A stretch of 64,000 nt of DNA, taken from positions 672,001 through 736,000 of the forward strand of contig OY781066.1 in assembly GCA_963676395.1 (NCBI GenBank), read 5' to 3'. The notes beneath the pieces were generated by a model, which was not told the DNA's origin, did no database searches, and saw only the letters and a list, made by a program, of their open reading frames with translations. Position numbers and translations under genes: made by a program. Source of the DNA: a bacterium. GTDB taxonomy: Bacteria; Fidelibacterota; Fidelibacteria; Fidelibacterales; Fidelibacteraceae. Of the stretch, positions 1-10,436 are shown piece after piece. Position 1 is the stretch's first letter. Each line of letters starts with the position of its first letter.

Positions 1-74
1 TTAGGTTCGGAAAGATAAAATTTACCCCCCAGACCATAGGATTTTCCGATATAACCGATGATCGTGAAGGACAT
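1..74 (-). CDS. rimM: 16S rRNA processing protein RimM, 5' end only (runs off window)
   Basis: Minus strand from ATG at 74 reads MSFTIIGYIGKSYGLGGKFYLSEP (RimM N-terminal IG.I...GL.G pattern); conserved rpsP-khpA-rimM order. Confidence 0.7.
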   Translation of the reverse strand, partial: MSFTIIGYIGKSYGLGGKFYLSEP

Positions 75-87
75 TTTCTTTCTAAAC

Positions 88-324
88 TTATCTGTCAATT
101 ATATCAAGTGTCGAACGTGTCTGGCCGGCTTTCGCAGATACTGCTGTCAGCAGTGTACGCAATGCCTGTGCCGTACGACCATGTTTGCCAATGACTTTTC
201 CAAGATCTGCTTGAGCGACTTTTAACTCATAAATCGTATTATTTTCGCTCTCGATCTTCGTAACTTCAACCTCATCCGGATTATCAACCAAGCGTTTAAC
301 AATCGATTCTACAAATTCTTTCAT
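88..324 (-). CDS. khpA: KH-domain RNA-binding protein KhpA
   Basis: DLGKVIGKHGRTAQALRTLL motif; lies between rpsP and rimM. Confidence 0.92.
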   Translation of the reverse strand: MKEFVESIVKRLVDNPDEVEVTKIESENNTIYELKVAQADLGKVIGKHGRTAQALRTLLTAVSAKAGQTRSTLDIIDR

Positions 325-394
325 GGTTAGCCCTTTCTGTTTGAATTTCTAGTTGCTTGTCTATCGTTGATCTAAACACCCGGAACCAAATACT

Positions 395-916
395 TTATTC
401 GGCAGCGGGTGCTTCTTTGGCTTCTTCAGCAGGGGCTTCGACTTTAGCTTCCTCTTTTACTTCTTCAACGGGAGCTTCGGCTTTAACCTCTTCTTTTACT
501 TCTTCAGGAGCAGGGGTTTCTTCAACCGGTGCCTCTTCTACTACTTTTTCTTCTTTTTTTGCAACTTTGTTATCTTCTTTTGCTTTAGCTTTGTTAGCTT
601 TTGCAATTTCCCATTTCTGCAATTCTTGTTTCTTTTTATCTTCTGAAAGATTTGAATTTTCTAAATGCCATTTCAACATAATACCGGCTTTAGAAAGCAT
701 TCTTTTCACGGTATCTGAAGGTTGAGCACCAACCTTTAACCAATGAAATACGCGATCTTCTTTAACATTAAAATTATTGGTTTCTTTGATGGGATCATAT
801 GTTCCAATTTGTTCGATAAAGCGGCCATCACGACGTGCGCGTGAGTCTGCGATTACTACACGGTAAAAGGGACGATTTCTTCTTCCCATTCTTGTTAACC
901 GGATTTTTACTGACAC
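395..916 (-). CDS. rpsP: 30S ribosomal protein S16 with long acidic Ala/Glu/Pro-rich C-terminal tail
   Basis: [33 protein letters not shown]; likely GTG start at 916 preceded by AAAGGAG. Confidence 0.96.
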   Translation of the reverse strand: MSVKIRLTRMGRRNRPFYRVVIADSRARRDGRFIEQIGTYDPIKETNNFNVKEDRVFHWLKVGAQPSDTVKRMLSKAGIMLKWHLENSNLSEDKKKQELQKWEIAKANKAKAKEDNKVAKKEEKVVEEAPVEETPAPEEVKEEVKAEAPVEEVKEEAKVEAPAEEAKEAPAAE

Positions 917-927
917 TGTGTTCTCCT

Positions 928-2259
928 TTAGTTCCAAGGCAGAGAATTCATATTCCCCATTGCCCTTTTTGGAAGTTTCATTTTGTTCATCTTTTTCATC
1001 ATCTTCTTCATCTGATCAAATTGATTCAAGAGTCGATTGACATCTGCGACATGCGTGCCGGATCCGGTAGCAATTCGCTTGCGTCTGCTCGCATTAATAA
1101 CATTTGGCTTAGCTTTTTCTTGCTTAGTCATCGAATTCAGGATTGCTTGCGTCCTTGAGAACTGTTTTTCATCCACTTGGGCATTCTTTAATTGTGCCGC
1201 TCCTGGAATCATGTCCATCAAAGAAGAAAGCGGTCCCATTTTCTGCAAACTCTTAAGTTGATCCTGAAAATCCTGAAGATCAAATGCATTTTTCTTAATC
1301 TTCTGTTCCAGTCTCGCCGCTTCTTTTTCGTCAAAGGCCTCTTGAGCCTTTTCAACCAGGGAGACAACATCGCCCTTACCGAGAATGCGATTGGCAAAAC
1401 GATCGGGATGAAATTTTTCAAGGTCATCCAGGGTTTCACCTGTTGATATATATTTTATCGGCTTTCCAGTGACCGATCTAATGGATAGTGCAGCACCGCC
1501 TCGTGTATCACCATCTAATTTGGTTAAGACAATACCGCTCACATTCAATCTTTCATTAAAAGCTTTTGCCGCATTCACGGCATCCTGTCCGATCATACCA
1601 TCAGCCACGAATAGAACTTCTTTGGGTTTCAGCTCCTTATGGATACTGTTAACCTCGTCCATCATCGTGTCATCAATATGTAATCGACCCGCAGTATCAA
1701 AGATCAAAACGTTCACATCACTTTTGCGTGCCTGTGCAAGCGCATGCTTGCATATTTTCACGGCATTCTTATTATCTTCTCTATAAACCGGGACATCAAT
1801 TCGCTGTCCTAAGACCTCTAATTGATCAACAGCAGCCGGGCGGTATATATCAGCCGCAACCACCATGGGTCGTTTACCATCCGCTTTCAGCTGTTTTGCC
1901 AGTTTTGCAACAAAGGTAGTTTTACCGGACCCTTGTAAGCCCACCACCATAATCATGGCAGGAGGAAGACCATCAAGTTGTAAAGGAACATATGCTTCGC
2001 CCAGAAGATCGATCATCTCATCATGAATGATCTTTACGACCATCTGGCCGGGAGTAATGCTTGTAAGAACTTTTTCACCAAGCGCTTTCTCTTTAACATT
2101 AGCAATGAACTGCTTTGCCACCGTGTAGTTTACATCGGCTTCAAGCAAGGTTCTTCTAACCTCACGTAGAGCATCAGACACGTTCTGTTCCGTGATCTTA
2201 CCCTGACCTCGTAAATTTTTAAAGATCGCTTGTAAATTGTCCCGTAGCTGTTCAAGCAT
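928..2259 (-). CDS. ffh: Signal recognition particle protein Ffh
   Basis: [14 protein letters not shown] and TKLDG motifs; Met-rich M domain. Confidence 0.98.
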   Translation of the reverse strand: MLEQLRDNLQAIFKNLRGQGKITEQNVSDALREVRRTLLEADVNYTVAKQFIANVKEKALGEKVLTSITPGQMVVKIIHDEMIDLLGEAYVPLQLDGLPPAMIMVVGLQGSGKTTFVAKLAKQLKADGKRPMVVAADIYRPAAVDQLEVLGQRIDVPVYREDNKNAVKICKHALAQARKSDVNVLIFDTAGRLHIDDTMMDEVNSIHKELKPKEVLFVADGMIGQDAVNAAKAFNERLNVSGIVLTKLDGDTRGGAALSIRSVTGKPIKYISTGETLDDLEKFHPDRFANRILGKGDVVSLVEKAQEAFDEKEAARLEQKIKKNAFDLQDFQDQLKSLQKMGPLSSLMDMIPGAAQLKNAQVDEKQFSRTQAILNSMTKQEKAKPNVINASRRKRIATGSGTHVADVNRLLNQFDQMKKMMKKMNKMKLPKRAMGNMNSLPWN

Positions 2260-2567
2260 GTACCGTACTCCAAAATAGCTCAGAAATATAGCAAAATATT
2301 ATCCGAAAGCAAATGTTTTTCAATCAAATACAATATAGTGTTTATCAGTGTTTTATAGCAAGAAAAATGTTCCGCCATGCCGTCAAAAACAATAATAAAT
2401 TTACAACCATTAGCATATAGCGATAAAAAGGCAAGAAATTCTCTAGAAGCGCATAATTCTATACACCTGCAAAATTATGATACAATGGTCAATACAATAA
2501 TTCAATTTTAGGATATATTTTCAGATATATACGAGCAACTCGCCAGCCAACTTAATTTAATTCATAT

Positions 2568-2596
2568 AAAAAAAGGGACAGGTATACCTGTCCCTT
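2568..2596 (-). terminator. Palindrome/intrinsic terminator after the polyferredoxin gene
   Basis: aagggacaggta/tacctgtccctt perfect inverted repeat next to an A-run (U-tract on minus strand). Confidence 0.65.
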
Positions 2597-2615
2597 ACAA
2601 CTGTTTCTTTATTAT

Positions 2616-4559
2616 TTACTTCAATTTCTTGACGGTAAACGGTCCTTCAAATTTAAATACATTGTCATATTCTTTAGTTGATCCATCTCGAAGCATACAC
2701 GTAAGCATATCTTTTTCAAGATGCTTCATGATATTATCACCATTCGTGCTATCGGCCATAAAGTAAACCTGCAAAACAGGGTTTTCTTTAAACTCTGTCC
2801 GCAAACGAACTGTACCGGGCTCAAATGATACATGAGATGTTAAATAACTCATCTTTCGGATCACAGTTGAATTTTCAGCATTAACAAAATCAACCTCAAA
2901 AACATTCATTTTTTCGGGATCTTGTTTTCTATAATCATTAAACGCACGATCATAATTCGAGAAGAAAACCTTACGATATTCCAAATATCCAAGAGTATCT
3001 ACATACTCACCGTCACCGGCCATTTCGAACTCAACTTCTTTTTTAACCGTTTCACCTTTGTATTCATATTCGTAATGTTTCACTTCAAGGATTTCGGGCA
3101 ATTTAGCTACATCAAATTTAGCAGGATCGAAATAGAAACTGACATATACCGGTTCACCGAATTCAGTAGCAAAACCATATATACCTTCTTCTTTCATCAA
3201 CAAACGGTAAACATCTGCATTATCGTTACCATCCCAAAGTTCCCAGACACCTTCACGGTAAACGACCAAAGTTTCCGGCGCATCTTCCAAAGAAACACCC
3301 TTACGAATATTATACTTTGAAGGTGAAAATACAGCGCGCTTTACACTTGTGGCATCAGTTTGTGAAGCATCATAAAATAGTGCTACCTTGTGCTTTGAAG
3401 CCCAAACATCCAAACCGACAATACCTTTTACTCTGATCACTTTATTCATCATGGACTTTGCAGAACCATAGCATTTTACCGTAGACAGGTCTTCCAAAAT
3501 AACTTTTTCTACCGTACCCAAAGAATCAGCTTTTTCATAAGCTCCCCAACGCTCTGAAAGCGTTGCCATGGGAAATTGTTTTGCTAAGATCAATGATAGC
3601 GCGATCACAGCGACCATTACGATCACAGGCATCCATTTACCGCCTTTAACCTTAAGCGTTTTATTTACGGGACATGATTTTGTACAATCTAAACACAGTG
3701 TACAATCAGGATGCGTTACAGGATCTGCCGTTGAAACATCTATGCCTTCGGGGCAATGATCATTACATATCTTACATGATGTGCAAGTATCGGTATTTCT
3801 TTCAATTTTAAAGGGCGAAATAGAGAAAAATTTAAAACGAAATACTTCGGTCAGTGCCGTTGCAGAGATCACAACCAACAACAGCCAAAATACGGGGACC
3901 TTAACACCAAATAATAAGAGTACAATATAGACCAATACGATAGATCCGGTTACCAGAATATTTGAGAAAATATTACTTAATGCACCTAGAAAACAAAAGT
4001 ACTTACACCAGAGTTTCTTAATAAAAATAGAACCGATCACGACAGCAGTTATAGTTAGAATAGAAAACAATAATACCGTATCAACATCAAAACCGCTTAC
4101 CGTTCCATAATAGGGACAAAATTTCTTACAAAACAACTCTGAACTTATAATGGTAAAATAGGCCGCTAAAAACAAGAGCACATATTTACCCAACCTCAGT
4201 ATTCTATCAAGAATGCCCTTAAGCGTTATAGAAACACCCAAACGGACACCCAATTTATTCATCCATTCACTGATAGTTCCCACTGGGCACAACCATCCAC
4301 AGAACAATTTTCCAACTAGAATGATCATCAGTGCTATTCCAAGCCCGATAAATACCTGAGTTTCTGAAATTGAACAGGACATCGTTCCTAAATTCAATTT
4401 TGAGCCAAATGACATCAAACCACCAAAAGGACAGTATTTTTCCATATCTGGAGTGAAGGTAGCATTGATACCGGCAACGATTAACGTACCAACAACTAAG
4501 GCAAGAATTAATAATTGAACGATCATTCTTGTCTTGTTGTGAAACCATTTTTTCTTCAT
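2616..4559 (-). CDS. Membrane polyferredoxin (NapH/MauN-like 4Fe-4S binding protein) with large extracytoplasmic C-terminal region
   Basis: CPFGG, FCGWLCPVG, CTSCKICNDHCP and CTLCLDCTKSCP motifs; multiple TM helices; start placed at MKKKWF behind AAGGA. Confidence 0.8.
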   Translation of the reverse strand: MKKKWFHNKTRMIVQLLILALVVGTLIVAGINATFTPDMEKYCPFGGLMSFGSKLNLGTMSCSISETQVFIGLGIALMIILVGKLFCGWLCPVGTISEWMNKLGVRLGVSITLKGILDRILRLGKYVLLFLAAYFTIISSELFCKKFCPYYGTVSGFDVDTVLLFSILTITAVVIGSIFIKKLWCKYFCFLGALSNIFSNILVTGSIVLVYIVLLLFGVKVPVFWLLLVVISATALTEVFRFKFFSISPFKIERNTDTCTSCKICNDHCPEGIDVSTADPVTHPDCTLCLDCTKSCPVNKTLKVKGGKWMPVIVMVAVIALSLILAKQFPMATLSERWGAYEKADSLGTVEKVILEDLSTVKCYGSAKSMMNKVIRVKGIVGLDVWASKHKVALFYDASQTDATSVKRAVFSPSKYNIRKGVSLEDAPETLVVYREGVWELWDGNDNADVYRLLMKEEGIYGFATEFGEPVYVSFYFDPAKFDVAKLPEILEVKHYEYEYKGETVKKEVEFEMAGDGEYVDTLGYLEYRKVFFSNYDRAFNDYRKQDPEKMNVFEVDFVNAENSTVIRKMSYLTSHVSFEPGTVRLRTEFKENPVLQVYFMADSTNGDNIMKHLEKDMLTCMLRDGSTKEYDNVFKFEGPFTVKKLK

Positions 4560-4739
4560 GATTAGTTCCTTAATTTTTACCAAAGAATATAGCAAATGTG
4601 TATACGGAGCACAAGATAAAATAGGACAAACAGAAAGTAAAACACTTATAAATTCTACTTAATCTCTCCTGAATTGATTTCATGTAATCGTAATTCATCA
4701 TTAAATCATCAATGCTTACTTAACACACAATTCTCAAAT

Positions 4740-4770
4740 AAAAAAGCCCCCGATCTTTCGGGGGCTTTTA
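4740..4770 (-). terminator. Intrinsic terminator, possibly bidirectional
   Basis: aaaaagcccccga-tctt-tcgggggctttt hairpin with flanking A/T runs. Confidence 0.8.
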
Positions 4771-4793
4771 TTATTACTTTAAGTAAATTTAAT

Positions 4794-7700
4794 TTACTTG
4801 AGCAATGTCATCTTTCTAACATCTGTGAAGCTACCTGCAGTCAAGCGATAAATATACATACCACTTGCAAGTGTACTTGCATCAAATGCTACATTATAAT
4901 AACCGGCTTCCATTTGAGCGTTGAAAATCTCGGCTACTTTACGTCCACTTAGGTCGTAAATATTCATTGTAACCATTTCAGCGGTCGGGATCTGGAAATT
5001 GATGGTTGTTGTCGGATTGAAGGGGTTCGGGTAGTTTTGCTCAAGAGCAAAATCTGTAGGAACACCGTCAATAGCAACTTCAGTAATATCACTATACAAG
5101 AAAGTAGGAATTACTTGATCGCCCGTATCTGTCACGAGATAAGAACGATTAGAACCACCATAAAACTCTTCAGTATTATCCCATGCTCCATTGCGGCGGC
5201 ATTTAAACTCTAAAGTTGTTCCAGCTTCGAATCCACCAAGATCAGCTGTGTAAATTGTATCGGCTTCCGGATCGGTCATAACAATACCTGTTGACCAACC
5301 ATTGAAAGAACCCATAATATCCAATGCGCTTGATGCGGGATTAAATTCACCGCGGCGAACCATAATGCCCATATCTACATTTGCAGTAACATTGTATTCA
5401 GGATATTCAAAAACATTTACTTTGAAATTATCAAATTCAACGTTTCCACCATAGACATAAAGTCCAGGATAACCAGCTTCTAATACAGGAGCATCAGCTT
5501 GATTAATCGGACAACCAGGTAGCAATTTTCCATCAATGTATAACCAGAATTTATTATCAATAACTTGAGCTTTTAGGTTATGGAAACCAGTTTCAAGTGT
5601 ATCAAAATCTTCTCCAGCATTCCATTGAGTAGTTCCAAACCAAGATGTACCGTTATAACCCTGAAATTTTAAAGCACCAGAACTTGTTGAAGAATTTCTA
5701 TAAACAAAACGATAGAATTTTGTTTCTGAAGGATCAGTTTTAATTGCAAGACCCTTATATAGCGGTTCAGTTGCTGAAGCGGGCTTTACACAATAGATAT
5801 CAGCTGAAACTTCATAGTTTTCCAATTTCTTGCCGGTATCAGTATAAAGCAAACCGGTATTTGCATCATCAACATAAATACCAACATTGCTTAAACCAGC
5901 TGAATCAGCAGCAACTGTCAAGTTTAAACCGCCTGTATTACCATTGGTTGTATTTTCAACCCATGTCAAGTCAGCGGAACCATCAGTAAATTCTTCAACG
6001 TAATCAGCTTGCGTCTCAACAATTTTATGTTTCAAGATCGTACCGTTCTTACCGACAGCCCAAAAATATTCACCGTCAAAATCGCAATGCTGTAGATCGA
6101 TCTCGTCATCAAGGGTGATAACTTGCATCTGTACCCAGGTGGCACCTGTATCTTCCGATACAAAGATCCGTCCATCTTGTCCAACGGCATAAACTGTTTC
6201 GTCATCGACAAAAGTTACACCATAGATATCATCACCTTGAGGAACGTCAAAAGCCAACTCCAATGTATCTAATTTATCAGTTGTTGTTTTCCAAATACCG
6301 TCAGAGCTTCCAACAAGCACAACACCATTACGCTCATCAACTGAACGCATCGACATTGAGCCCATGTCTACAGACATCATGAAACTGTCTAATTCCGTAG
6401 AAGTACTAACACAAATCTGACCAGAGCTACAAGAAAGTAAACCCAAGCCATTGCTTAAAATTTTCATATCATAAATTGTGTTAGTAACATCATTGTCAAG
6501 TTCTGTCCACGTTTCACCATTATTGGTTGAACACATGATCATTCCTTTTGATCCACCTGCAAATACTTTACCATTTGCATAATATAACATATTTACTGTC
6601 TTATTTGTAGACTGAGCCATAGGATTATCAATTGCATCGCTCCAAGTCGCACCTTTATCTGTAGAATATTTGATCAATCCTTGAGATCCACCCATCAGAA
6701 CGGTATCGCCACCAACAACTTCGAGCTCATATATAGTTTCGCTGGTATTAGTTCCAAAGGCCGTCGGATATGTGAAACTTTCACCATCTGCACTGTAGCT
6801 TACTTCACCACCACCATATGCAGAAACTAAGACCTCACCCTCGGCAGGAAAAGCAATACCCCAAAAACTAAGGCCTGTCCAATCAGCTATAGGGTTGAAT
6901 GTCGCCCCATCCGTTGTTTTTAGTACTTGACCATATCCTGAGAAGAGTATACCATTATTCATTGATGAAAAAGCACTGCAACTATAGCCCTGTCCCGTTC
7001 CAGTATATACAGTATCCCAGGTTGTACCACCATCAACGGTTCTTAACATTTCACTATCATCAGTAAAAACAAGAATTGAATCCGGGCTGAAAACTTTTAC
7101 ACCTTCATGATAGTCATTGACAAAGACATAATCACCAGACTGTGTAAATGTTGCACCACCATCCGTTGACAACCAAAGGACATTATGATACGCAGCAAGA
7201 GCAATTGTGTTCTCTCCGGCAACTGCTGAAACATCATACAGTCTCTTGGAACTTGTTCCTAAAACTGATGCCCAACTTAAAGCAAGAGGTGTCCATGTAT
7301 CGCCACCATCGGTTGTTCTCCAGTATTCTGCATTACCATCTTCAAATGCAACACCATTTGTTAAGGAAGTAAATACGACCAAATCAATATCACAACTTGC
7401 ATCTATGATCGTCGTATCCCAGTTTGCACCTGCATCCGTTGTTTTCATGAATAAACCATCTTCACCACTAACAAAATATGTGGTTGAATTAAAAACATCG
7501 ACCCCGAGTAAATCGGTGGTGAAGTTTGTCGTATCACCAATCTGTTCCCAGTTATCACCTGCATCGGTCGATTTATAGATATAACCATCATCATAAACAA
7601 TTACAGCCACATCACCTTGCGAATCCATATCATTGGCCGAAAGCGCAATAGGTAGGTCACTTTTTACCCAGCTGACACCAAAATCTACTGTTTTTTGCAC

Positions 7701-7853
7701 AGTCCCTTTATACACGGTCAGCATAGTTGATGAATTGATCGCTACAGCATCTTTGTAGCTATCATAATCAAAAGGACCTTCAACTGCTTCCCACTGACCA
7801 AATGCCGTAACTGCGAGCATTAGGCAAGCGAGAACAAGTAACAATTTCTTCAT
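4794..7853 (-). CDS. Secreted BNR/Ycf48-like repeat (beta-propeller) protein with CBM20-like module and C-terminal sorting domain
   Basis: Signal peptide; many S/T-x-D-x-G-x-T-W Asp-boxes; GSFNGW module; C-terminal FALEQNYPNPFNPTT...SGMYIYRL...KMTLLK. Confidence 0.8.
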   Translation of the reverse strand: MKKLLLVLACLMLAVTAFGQWEAVEGPFDYDSYKDAVAINSSTMLTVYKGTVQKTVDFGVSWVKSDLPIALSANDMDSQGDVAVIVYDDGYIYKSTDAGDNWEQIGDTTNFTTDLLGVDVFNSTTYFVSGEDGLFMKTTDAGANWDTTIIDASCDIDLVVFTSLTNGVAFEDGNAEYWRTTDGGDTWTPLALSWASVLGTSSKRLYDVSAVAGENTIALAAYHNVLWLSTDGGATFTQSGDYVFVNDYHEGVKVFSPDSILVFTDDSEMLRTVDGGTTWDTVYTGTGQGYSCSAFSSMNNGILFSGYGQVLKTTDGATFNPIADWTGLSFWGIAFPAEGEVLVSAYGGGEVSYSADGESFTYPTAFGTNTSETIYELEVVGGDTVLMGGSQGLIKYSTDKGATWSDAIDNPMAQSTNKTVNMLYYANGKVFAGGSKGMIMCSTNNGETWTELDNDVTNTIYDMKILSNGLGLLSCSSGQICVSTSTELDSFMMSVDMGSMSMRSVDERNGVVLVGSSDGIWKTTTDKLDTLELAFDVPQGDDIYGVTFVDDETVYAVGQDGRIFVSEDTGATWVQMQVITLDDEIDLQHCDFDGEYFWAVGKNGTILKHKIVETQADYVEEFTDGSADLTWVENTTNGNTGGLNLTVAADSAGLSNVGIYVDDANTGLLYTDTGKKLENYEVSADIYCVKPASATEPLYKGLAIKTDPSETKFYRFVYRNSSTSSGALKFQGYNGTSWFGTTQWNAGEDFDTLETGFHNLKAQVIDNKFWLYIDGKLLPGCPINQADAPVLEAGYPGLYVYGGNVEFDNFKVNVFEYPEYNVTANVDMGIMVRRGEFNPASSALDIMGSFNGWSTGIVMTDPEADTIYTADLGGFEAGTTLEFKCRRNGAWDNTEEFYGGSNRSYLVTDTGDQVIPTFLYSDITEVAIDGVPTDFALEQNYPNPFNPTTTINFQIPTAEMVTMNIYDLSGRKVAEIFNAQMEAGYYNVAFDASTLASGMYIYRLTAGSFTDVRKMTLLK

Positions 7854-7890
7854 GTTTATCTCCTTTATTTAACTTACATATTTATCATTT

Positions 7891-9312
7891 CTATTTTTTC
7901 CTATAAGACAATCCAAATTGCATAACACTGATGGATTGACTGCCGTTTGATGGTTTTTTATTAACATTCTCAAACGTAAAGTCAATATAACCGAAAGAAA
8001 ACAATTGTTCAAGGTTTATTATCGCCCTAATTCGCTTGAAATAATCCGTATTCCAATAAAACTTTGGGACTTCTTTTCCATATTCCAAATTAAAGTTTAA
8101 TTTAGTTTTTGAAGAAAGATACAATTCCACACCGCAAAACATATTCCATTCCATACCGCTTCTTGTGTCCGAAAAGGGGAAAACATATTCCACATAATCA
8201 TATGCAACCTTTCCCGCTTCTCCCCCGATCGATGCCTTTAGGATGAAAGAAGGATTATATTCCATGACTGCACCCGCGTGTGTATAACTTTCTTCGTTTT
8301 CCAAAACGAGCGCATTGGAAATAAGCGATTCACCCCAATCACTGAAGTGAAGATAATCAGCATACATTTTCAATGTAATCGGAGCATCATTCGGGTGCAC
8401 ATTGATGCTGCTAAAAAGCTGGACACCTTTTCTCTGCCAGAATCCTCGCTCTATAGTTTTTGAACTCCTGATCAAATTCGCTTTCGAGATCCGGCCCAAT
8501 CCAGTGGCGCGAAGAACTACTGAAAATGCTTTTTGACCACCGAGCCGCAAGTGAGCACCATAGTCTAATCCATTCCGGATTCTCCGTTTTTTTATGGTCG
8601 CTGAAGAGATTTCATTATAGAACGTATTATAACCCAAATATGTCTTAGTAACGACATCCGAATAACTTTTCACCGCTTCATAGTAGGTTTGATCATCATA
8701 ATAGCGACCATGTAAACCCATTTCAAACGATTTTTTTCGATAATCCAATCCCAACTTGTATTCACTGTTTCTCATAATAGTGATTGTTTTGGGGAAGGTG
8801 TCTTTCAAACCACGTTCCACCCCATAGCTACCCTCAACACCCAAAAATAAGTTATCGGACAACTTGTAATTATATAATATTTGTAGTTGGGGACCATAGT
8901 ATGTCGTATTACCAAGGGTTGAGTCTATCATGGAAAAGTAATCGTCATAGAAATCTTTTTCCATTGAAGCAAACATATTTTTCAGAATAAACTTATCATA
9001 GCTGATACTGGTTAAAAAGAAGGATTTATTATTTATCCGCCTCATGGTTGCATACTCCGCCTGGAAACGTTGAGTCGCACTTGGATCGTACATCCGCTTA
9101 TAGCTATTATTCGCAAATTGAGTTATCACCCTATAATACTCGGTGTTTTTCTCAAACTGCATTGTAGCAGGGTTAGCTGTAAAACTGTTCACACTTAAAG
9201 AATCTTTCAATTTAACCGTATTAACGGGCAATGCAAACTGGCTTTCAAACGCCATTGCAGAAGTAAGTCCTACTACAAACATTATTAGAATATATTTGGT
9301 CATTTTATTCAT
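7891..9312 (-). CDS. Outer-membrane beta-barrel protein (DUF6850-like), copy 1
   Basis: Signal peptide, alternating aromatic strands; apparent paralog of 20480-21937 in the same position after the lipoprotein; start placed at MNKM overlapping the upstream stop. Confidence 0.6.
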   Translation of the reverse strand: MNKMTKYILIMFVVGLTSAMAFESQFALPVNTVKLKDSLSVNSFTANPATMQFEKNTEYYRVITQFANNSYKRMYDPSATQRFQAEYATMRRINNKSFFLTSISYDKFILKNMFASMEKDFYDDYFSMIDSTLGNTTYYGPQLQILYNYKLSDNLFLGVEGSYGVERGLKDTFPKTITIMRNSEYKLGLDYRKKSFEMGLHGRYYDDQTYYEAVKSYSDVVTKTYLGYNTFYNEISSATIKKRRIRNGLDYGAHLRLGGQKAFSVVLRATGLGRISKANLIRSSKTIERGFWQRKGVQLFSSINVHPNDAPITLKMYADYLHFSDWGESLISNALVLENEESYTHAGAVMEYNPSFILKASIGGEAGKVAYDYVEYVFPFSDTRSGMEWNMFCGVELYLSSKTKLNFNLEYGKEVPKFYWNTDYFKRIRAIINLEQLFSFGYIDFTFENVNKKPSNGSQSISVMQFGLSYRKK

Positions 9313-10426
9313 GTTGATATCCTGGTGTAGGTTTATTAATAACTTCAAAGTCAACCCTGGAATTATTAGTATCAAATCCCGGACGTATGCGCTCAACGGA
9401 TTGCCCACTGAACTTAACTAATCCCAAACCTCCAAATGAAGCATCGACCGAATAAGGGACTTCTTTGGTATGAGCCGGATTTCCTGATGTTTCGATACAA
9501 TCAATAACGGTACTGATATCAATCCCATCCGATTGATCATAATCCAAGCCATTGCAAAGGGCGTAACCATCACCTGTCATACCGGTCAGGAATCCAACCT
9601 TGCTTGATTGGGTTACCCTCCCATTATTTGTCGTAATATTTGGGACATTTGGATTATCATATGCACCGACTTCGATCATATTCAGAAATTCCCAATCAGC
9701 CTCTGAAAGATCAACCGTATGTCCATCCAAGGGGCCAATCAGATTATGATCGAACGCTTTTCCCGCCAATACGACAAAAGCACCGGGGTCAACAGGATAT
9801 TCCCGCCCCGTCACCGCCTGTCCCGGGAATTGATATATATAGGTTACATGAAGTGTATCGGCAAACAAGGGGGTTGTACCCAAACGCAAGAAAACCATTC
9901 CGTCCAGATATATTGTCTCGGTCAGGCCATTGTATAACTCAATATAGAGGTCATCCCAATAGCGCATTGATGCCTCGGGGCCTGCACTGTACACCTCGTT
10001 GATCTTCAAACCTCGCTTGGATTGAACCATGACAAGTGTATCGGTGTATAAGGTTTCATTGCCTAAAGAATCCGCAATTAGTTCCAATACCTTAGCACCA
10101 ACGACCTCAACCTGAGTGTAGGCATCAGCCCAAAAAATCGAATGAGCCTGAGCCTTATAATAGGCGTAAGGCAATTGATCAAAGGTAACAAAACCATTGG
10201 AATCCGTATCGGCAAAAATCGGAGGAATATTATAATCATCCGTCGTTAATTTAACTTGAAGATTTTCCATCGGTATTGTTACCGAGGAATCCTCATCCGA
10301 AGGAATGGTAAAACGCAGGCGAATAGACAAACTCCCATCAACAGCTGTTGGCTTGCTTTCAAAGAACATGCATGAAGAGATAAGAATTAATAGAAGTATT
10401 AAAAATATTGTATGTTTTTTTATCAT
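9305..10426 (-). CDS. Lipoprotein, DUF4876/lamin-tail-like, copy 1
   Basis: Lipobox ISSC; INEVYSAG...YIELYN, DNPNVPN and DTNNSRVDF motifs shared with 19365-20483. Confidence 0.7.
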   Translation of the reverse strand: MIKKHTIFLILLLILISSCMFFESKPTAVDGSLSIRLRFTIPSDEDSSVTIPMENLQVKLTTDDYNIPPIFADTDSNGFVTFDQLPYAYYKAQAHSIFWADAYTQVEVVGAKVLELIADSLGNETLYTDTLVMVQSKRGLKINEVYSAGPEASMRYWDDLYIELYNGLTETIYLDGMVFLRLGTTPLFADTLHVTYIYQFPGQAVTGREYPVDPGAFVVLAGKAFDHNLIGPLDGHTVDLSEADWEFLNMIEVGAYDNPNVPNITTNNGRVTQSSKVGFLTGMTGDGYALCNGLDYDQSDGIDISTVIDCIETSGNPAHTKEVPYSVDASFGGLGLVKFSGQSVERIRPGFDTNNSRVDFEVINKPTPGYQHE

Positions 10427-10436
10427 TTAAATTCTC

